Assembly (NCBI GenBank): GCA_020137815.1
Contig: CM035353.1
Coordinates: 2,046,001 to 2,110,000 of the forward strand
Direction of reading: 5' to 3'
From: Hormiphora californensis
Taxonomy: Eukaryota; Animalia; Ctenophora
Length of the DNA: 64,000 nt
Position numbers and translations under genes: made by a program
Part shown: piece by piece, positions 59,337 through 64,000 of the stretch
Position numbering within the stretch: position 1 is the stretch's first letter
How the letters are laid out: every line of letters starts with the position of its first letter
The notes under the pieces: generated by a model
What the model was told of the DNA's origin: nothing
Seen by the model: the letters and a program-made list of their open reading frames with translations, nothing else
Database searches by the model: none

Positions 59337-62300
59337 CACACAGATTTTAACGCTAGCCAGTGCGCGTAAAAATTCTTCGCCTTTTTTTTAAACTACACAA
59401 CTGTGTACCATTATAGTGTTGTGTTGGCACACGGAGAATATGGGAGAGGGACACAACAAGAGTGGCTTCAGCCTTCACGATCCACCACTAAACTATAAAG
59501 TCCATTTTTTTTCAACTGTTCACCCAAAAACTGAAATTTAATAAAAATTAGAATTTGGGTGGCGCGTGCTACACGTTAACATGTGATAAACGCGCAAAAC
59601 AATTCCGCGCACGACTTTGGGGGGTGAACAGTTGAAAAAAAATGGACTTTACACAACCCACTTTTCACCTTTTTTAGTTTTTTTTTTGAACATTCACTAA
59701 CCCCAACACCGATTGGCATCACTTTCCAACAGCCGAAGAGAAGCTGCCGAAGAGAGAAAGGGGGTAACCATATGTGTTGGGGTTAGTAATAAATAAATCT
59801 TAAAATCACTCAAATATTACTATGCATAAATAAAATCTCACACATGTTTCGAATATTGAAGTCCATTCACCTTTTTTAGCCCTTTATTTTTCGGAGGCAA
59901 AAAAATATCGCACACAAAATTTAAATTTAATATGCGTCGCACGCGCAGTTAATGTAACGCGCGAAGTATGACAAAAAAAACGCTGCCAACAAGTGTTTTT
60001 TACGCTGCGCTGAAAATGCTCAGTGCAGCTCCAGCTCCAGCTCAGATTTTGGGCAGCCTTAAAATCTGGGTGTTTGGTGAGTGCTGACAAAAGGCTTTTT
60101 AGGGTTAGGGCTAAAGTAGGGTTAGGGTTGGGGCTGGGGGTTGGGCTGGGGTTAGGCCTTGACATTTCCTACCAGATAAACTTTGAATTAGCCAAAACAG
60201 TTGAGTGGTTTGGACTTTGGCGGTTAGAGCCATTTTAGTGAATCAACTTTTTTGGCAGTGACCAGTGTGCACCTGTTAACACTAAAGACCCAGATCGGAA
60301 CAGCGCCCCAGATTTTTGGCCAGCGTTAAAATCTGAGTGTTTCGTGAGTGCAGACAAACGGTTTTTTAAGGTTAGGGCTAAATTGGGGTTAGGATTAGCC
60401 GTTAGTGCTGGGGGTTGGGTTGGGGTTAGGCCTTGACATTTCCTACCAGATAAACTTTCAATTAGCCAAAACGGTTGAGTGGTTTGGCGGATAGAGCCAT
60501 TTTAGTGAATTAACTTTTTTGGCAGCACGCAGCTGTAAACAGGCCACCAAACACCCAGAAAATTTGAGCCAATCACAGCACAGATTTCGGACCGTGTTAT
60601 CCTTTACATTTGTAAAGGGTGGAGCTCGCGAAAAGAGCGTTGAGCTAGGCAAACGATTGTCGGAAAAGTGCTAAGTGCCAGACTTTCACCCTGGTCCAGG
60701 GTCCCTGGACTATTTTTAGACATCTCAAACAAAGTTTTTTACACTATTTCATCATAATTTGTTTTTTTATGATAAGTCATGCGTAGAGACGGCCTCCAAG
60801 AAGAAGAAGAGTCTTCTTAGAAGACACGCATGATTTCAGACTTTACGGTGAATACGCCTTAATTCAATGTCTTCGTTTCAACACTTCTCCCAGCGCATTA
60901 AATCAACCCAATGCAAGTTCGGACAAAGAAATATATTGCAAGAGGGCATCTCACTGCCATTGTTTGGTTATGAAATTACCCCTCCCGGTAGAGATGGAAT
61001 GGTTGTAGATGTCTCTCTCTATCTTTCTTTTTCTCTATCTTTCTCCCTCTTAGAGTCAGCGGCTGATTTTTGAAGTTGAACACACAGATTTTAACGCTAG
61101 CCAGTGCGCGTAAAAATTCTTCGCCTTTTTTTTAAACTACACAACTGTGTACCATTATAGTGTTGTGTTGGCACACGGAGAATATGGGAGAGGGACACAA
61201 CAAGAGTGGCTTCAGCCTTCACGATCCACCACTAAACTATAAAGTCCATTTTTTTTCAACTGTTCACCCAAAAACTGATATTTGATAAAAAATTAAAATT
61301 TGGGTGGCGTGCGCTACACGTTAACATGTGATAAACGCGCAAAACAATTCCGTGCACGACTTTGGGGGGGTGAACAGTTGAAAAAAATGGAGTATACTCC
61401 ATTTTTTTTCAACTGTTCACCCCCCAAAGTCGTGCGCGGAATTGTTTTGCGCGTTTATCACATGTTAACGTGTAGCGCGCGCCACCCAAATTTTAATTTT
61501 TTATCAAATATCAGTTTTTGGGTGAACAGTTGAAAAAAAATGGACTTTACACAACCCACTTTTCACCTTTTTTAGTTTTTTTTTTTGAACATTCACTAAC
61601 CCCAACACCGATTGGCATCACTTTCCAACAGCCGAAGAGAAGCTGCCGAAGAGAGAAAGGGGGTAACCATATGAAGAGTTAATCGCGATGAGTCTCATTC
61701 ACATTGGGTTCGATCATTTGCCCCCGGTGTTGGGGTTAGTAATAAATAAATCTTAAAATCACTCAAATATTACTATGCATAAATAAAATCTCACACATGT
61801 TTCGAATAGGGCGCGATTATAATCTGGGTGCCTTGCAGCCTGTTTACAGGTGCGCGCTACCAAAAGAGTATACTTAGACCGACTTTTTTCAAACGGCTAT
61901 AGCCATGGAACCACATGGCCGATTTGAGTAAACTAAACGGTATCAGTTAGAGAATCGATAGCCCTAACCGATAACCCCAAACCAAACCCTAACCAGACCC
62001 TAACGGATAGCCCTAACCCGTCGCGCGCGCCAAAACTACGAATTGTTAGCAATGAAAGGCACCCAGATTTTAACGTTTTCCTTTCGAATATTGAAGTCCA
62101 TTCACCTTTTTTAGCCCTTTATTTTTCGGAGGCAAAAAAATATCGCACACAAAATTTAAATTTAATATGCGTCGCACGCGCAGTTAATGTAACGCGCGAA
62201 GTATGACAAAAAACGCTGCCAACAAGTGTTTTTTACGCTGCGCTGAAAATGCTCAGTGCAGCTCCAGCTCCAGCTCAGATTTTGGGCAGCCTTAAAATCT

Positions 62301-63311
62301 GGGTGTTTGGTGAGTGCTGACAAAAGGCTTTTTAGGGTTAGGGCTAAAGTAGGGTTAGGGTTGGGGCTGGGGGTTGGGCTGGGGTTAGGCCTTGACATTT
62401 CCTACCAGATAAACTTTGAATTAGCCAAAACAGTTGAGTGGTTTGGACTTTGGCGGTTAGAGCCATTTTAGTGAATCAACTTTTTTGGCAGTGACCAGTG
62501 TGCACCTGTTAACACTAAAGACCCAGATCGGAACAGCGCCCCAGATTTTTGGCCAGCGTTAAAATCTGAGTGTTTCGTGAGTGCAGACAAACGGTTTTTT
62601 AAGGTTAGGGCTAAATTGGGGTTAGGATTAGCCGTTAGTGCTGGGGGTTGGGTTGGGGTTAGGCCTTGACATTTCCTACCAGATAAACTTTCAATTAGCC
62701 AAAACGGTTGAGTGGTTTGGCGGATAGAGCCATTTTAGTGAATTAACTTTTTTGGCAGCACGCAGCTGTAAACAGGCCACCAAACACCCAGAAAATTTGA
62801 GCCAATCACAGCACAGATTTCGGACCGTGTTATCCTTTACATTTGTAAAGGGTGGAGCTCGCGAAAAGAGCGTTGAGCTAGGCAAACGATTGTCGGAAAA
62901 GTGCTAAGTGCCAGACTTTCACCCTGGTCCAGGGTCCCTGGACTATTTTTAGACATCTCAAACAAAGTTTTTTACACTATTTCATCATAATTTGTTTTTT
63001 TATGATAAGTCATGCGTAGAGACGGCCTCCAAGAAGAAGAAGAGTCTTCTTAGAAGACACGCATGATTTCAGACTTTACGGTGAATACGCCTTAATTCAA
63101 TGTCTTCGTTTCAACACTTCTCCCAGCGCATTAAATCAACCCAATGCAAGTTCGGACAAAGAAATATATTGCAAGAGGGCATCTCACTGCCATTGTTTGG
63201 TTATGAAATTACCCCTCCCGGTAGAGATGGAATGGTTGTAGATGTCTCTCTCTATCTTTCTTTTTCTCTATCTTTCTCCCTCTTAGAGTCAGCGGCTGAT
63301 TTTTGAAGTTG
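59337..63311. repeat. Tandem segmental duplication (~59337-61080 and 61081-63311) of TE-derived sequence with TTAGGG-like tracts
   Basis: Identical ORF pairs are offset by 2233 bp (60023/62256, 60458/62691, 60867/63100); copy 2 has three extra segments. Confidence 0.9.
61809..62080. mobile_element. MULE-like MITE with 9-bp TSD, present only in duplication copy 2
   Basis: TTTCGAATA is duplicated on both sides; subterminal AATCTGGGTGCCTT / AAGGCACCCAGATT; empty site at ~59845-59860. Confidence 0.8.
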
Positions 63312-63381
63312 AAGTTTGCTACCCATTTTATGAGTTTTTGAAGTCGCTTCAAAAACTTTAAAAATATTGATAAATTTTAAT

Positions 63382-63941
63382 TGTTACGAGTGGATAAAGG
63401 CTATTCTTGTTACAGGAAATAAACGTGTTTATAGCACATATCACAACCGAAATTAGAGCCCACAAAACAAACTTTTCTTGGGGCGTTGTAGGGTGAGCCG
63501 AGCCGTCAGCACGGACTGTAAAATGCTAGGCGCTACAAGGGTAACTAGACCTCCCCTTGAGCGTGCTCGACAACCTACGGACTGGGGTTTCCAGCCCAAT
63601 AAACCTTGCTGGTCTAGCAGCGTACAAGACCCCTAACCTTGCACCGATCAGTATCCTTAGGATTTGTGACTGGCCGCGACCCAACCAAACGTGAAGCTCC
63701 TATCGCCGATACTAAGTGTCCCCACTTATAGAGAGTTGCCAATGTGGCTAGAAGTGAGGCTGGAGACACTTTGTACCCTAAACTAGGCATTAGGAGTTCC
63801 CCCGATCCGGTACCTAGTGTTCCCCTAGAGTGAGAATTGCCAATGTGGCAAGAAGAGATAATATAGAGAACCCCTCGAGAATATTGGGGAACACCGAGTA
63901 GAGTTGTACTAATTGAAATGGGTCGGTTAAAAGGTTGTAAC
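63382..63941 (-). mobile_element. Possible solo LTR
   Basis: Begins TGTTAC and ends GTAAC, with TAAT on both sides; ~560 bp of unique, more GC-rich sequence. The canonical terminal A is missing. Confidence 0.3.
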
Positions 63942-64000
63942 TAATGTGCCCCTAGCTACAATCATATATACAATAGATAATACAACATATTGCAAATAAC

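Noticed and set aside
60100-60432. TTAGGG-like tracts suggesting a telomere
   Set aside because: Short, degenerate and embedded in a repeated TE-like unit; not a terminal array.

Overview
Repeat-rich, intron-containing animal genomic DNA, not prokaryotic. By inference from the style of its MITE families and gene structure it is most likely a ctenophore such as Pleurobrachia; this is not verifiable here. I reconstructed six co-oriented minus-strand genes by manual splicing. In transcription order they are a TRAPPC14/C7orf43-like ORF, an Aurora kinase, an intronless 749-aa coiled-coil protein with three UVR-like motifs, XRN1 (about 35 exons), RNF41/NRDP1 and an SLC5A7-like choline transporter. 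A plus-strand secreted F-type-lectin-like gene is nested in an XRN1 intron. Introns hold many non-autonomous DNA transposons (hAT-, Tc1/mariner-, Kolobok-, MULE- and Helentron-like), micro/minisatellites and a 163-bp satellite. Three patterns stand out. (1) At least 12 tandem duplications or arrays have a unit that straddles an exon-intron junction and multiplies a real splice site up to about 35 times; the largest carry AG|GT junctions that resemble recursive splice sites. (2) A 109-bp hAT MITE repeatedly sits 12-17 bp from 5' splice donors. (3) All seven genes have a 3' splice acceptor 3-40 nt upstream of the ATG, suggesting SL trans-splicing and possibly an operon-like cluster. Exon coordinates were read by eye and may be off by a few bases.
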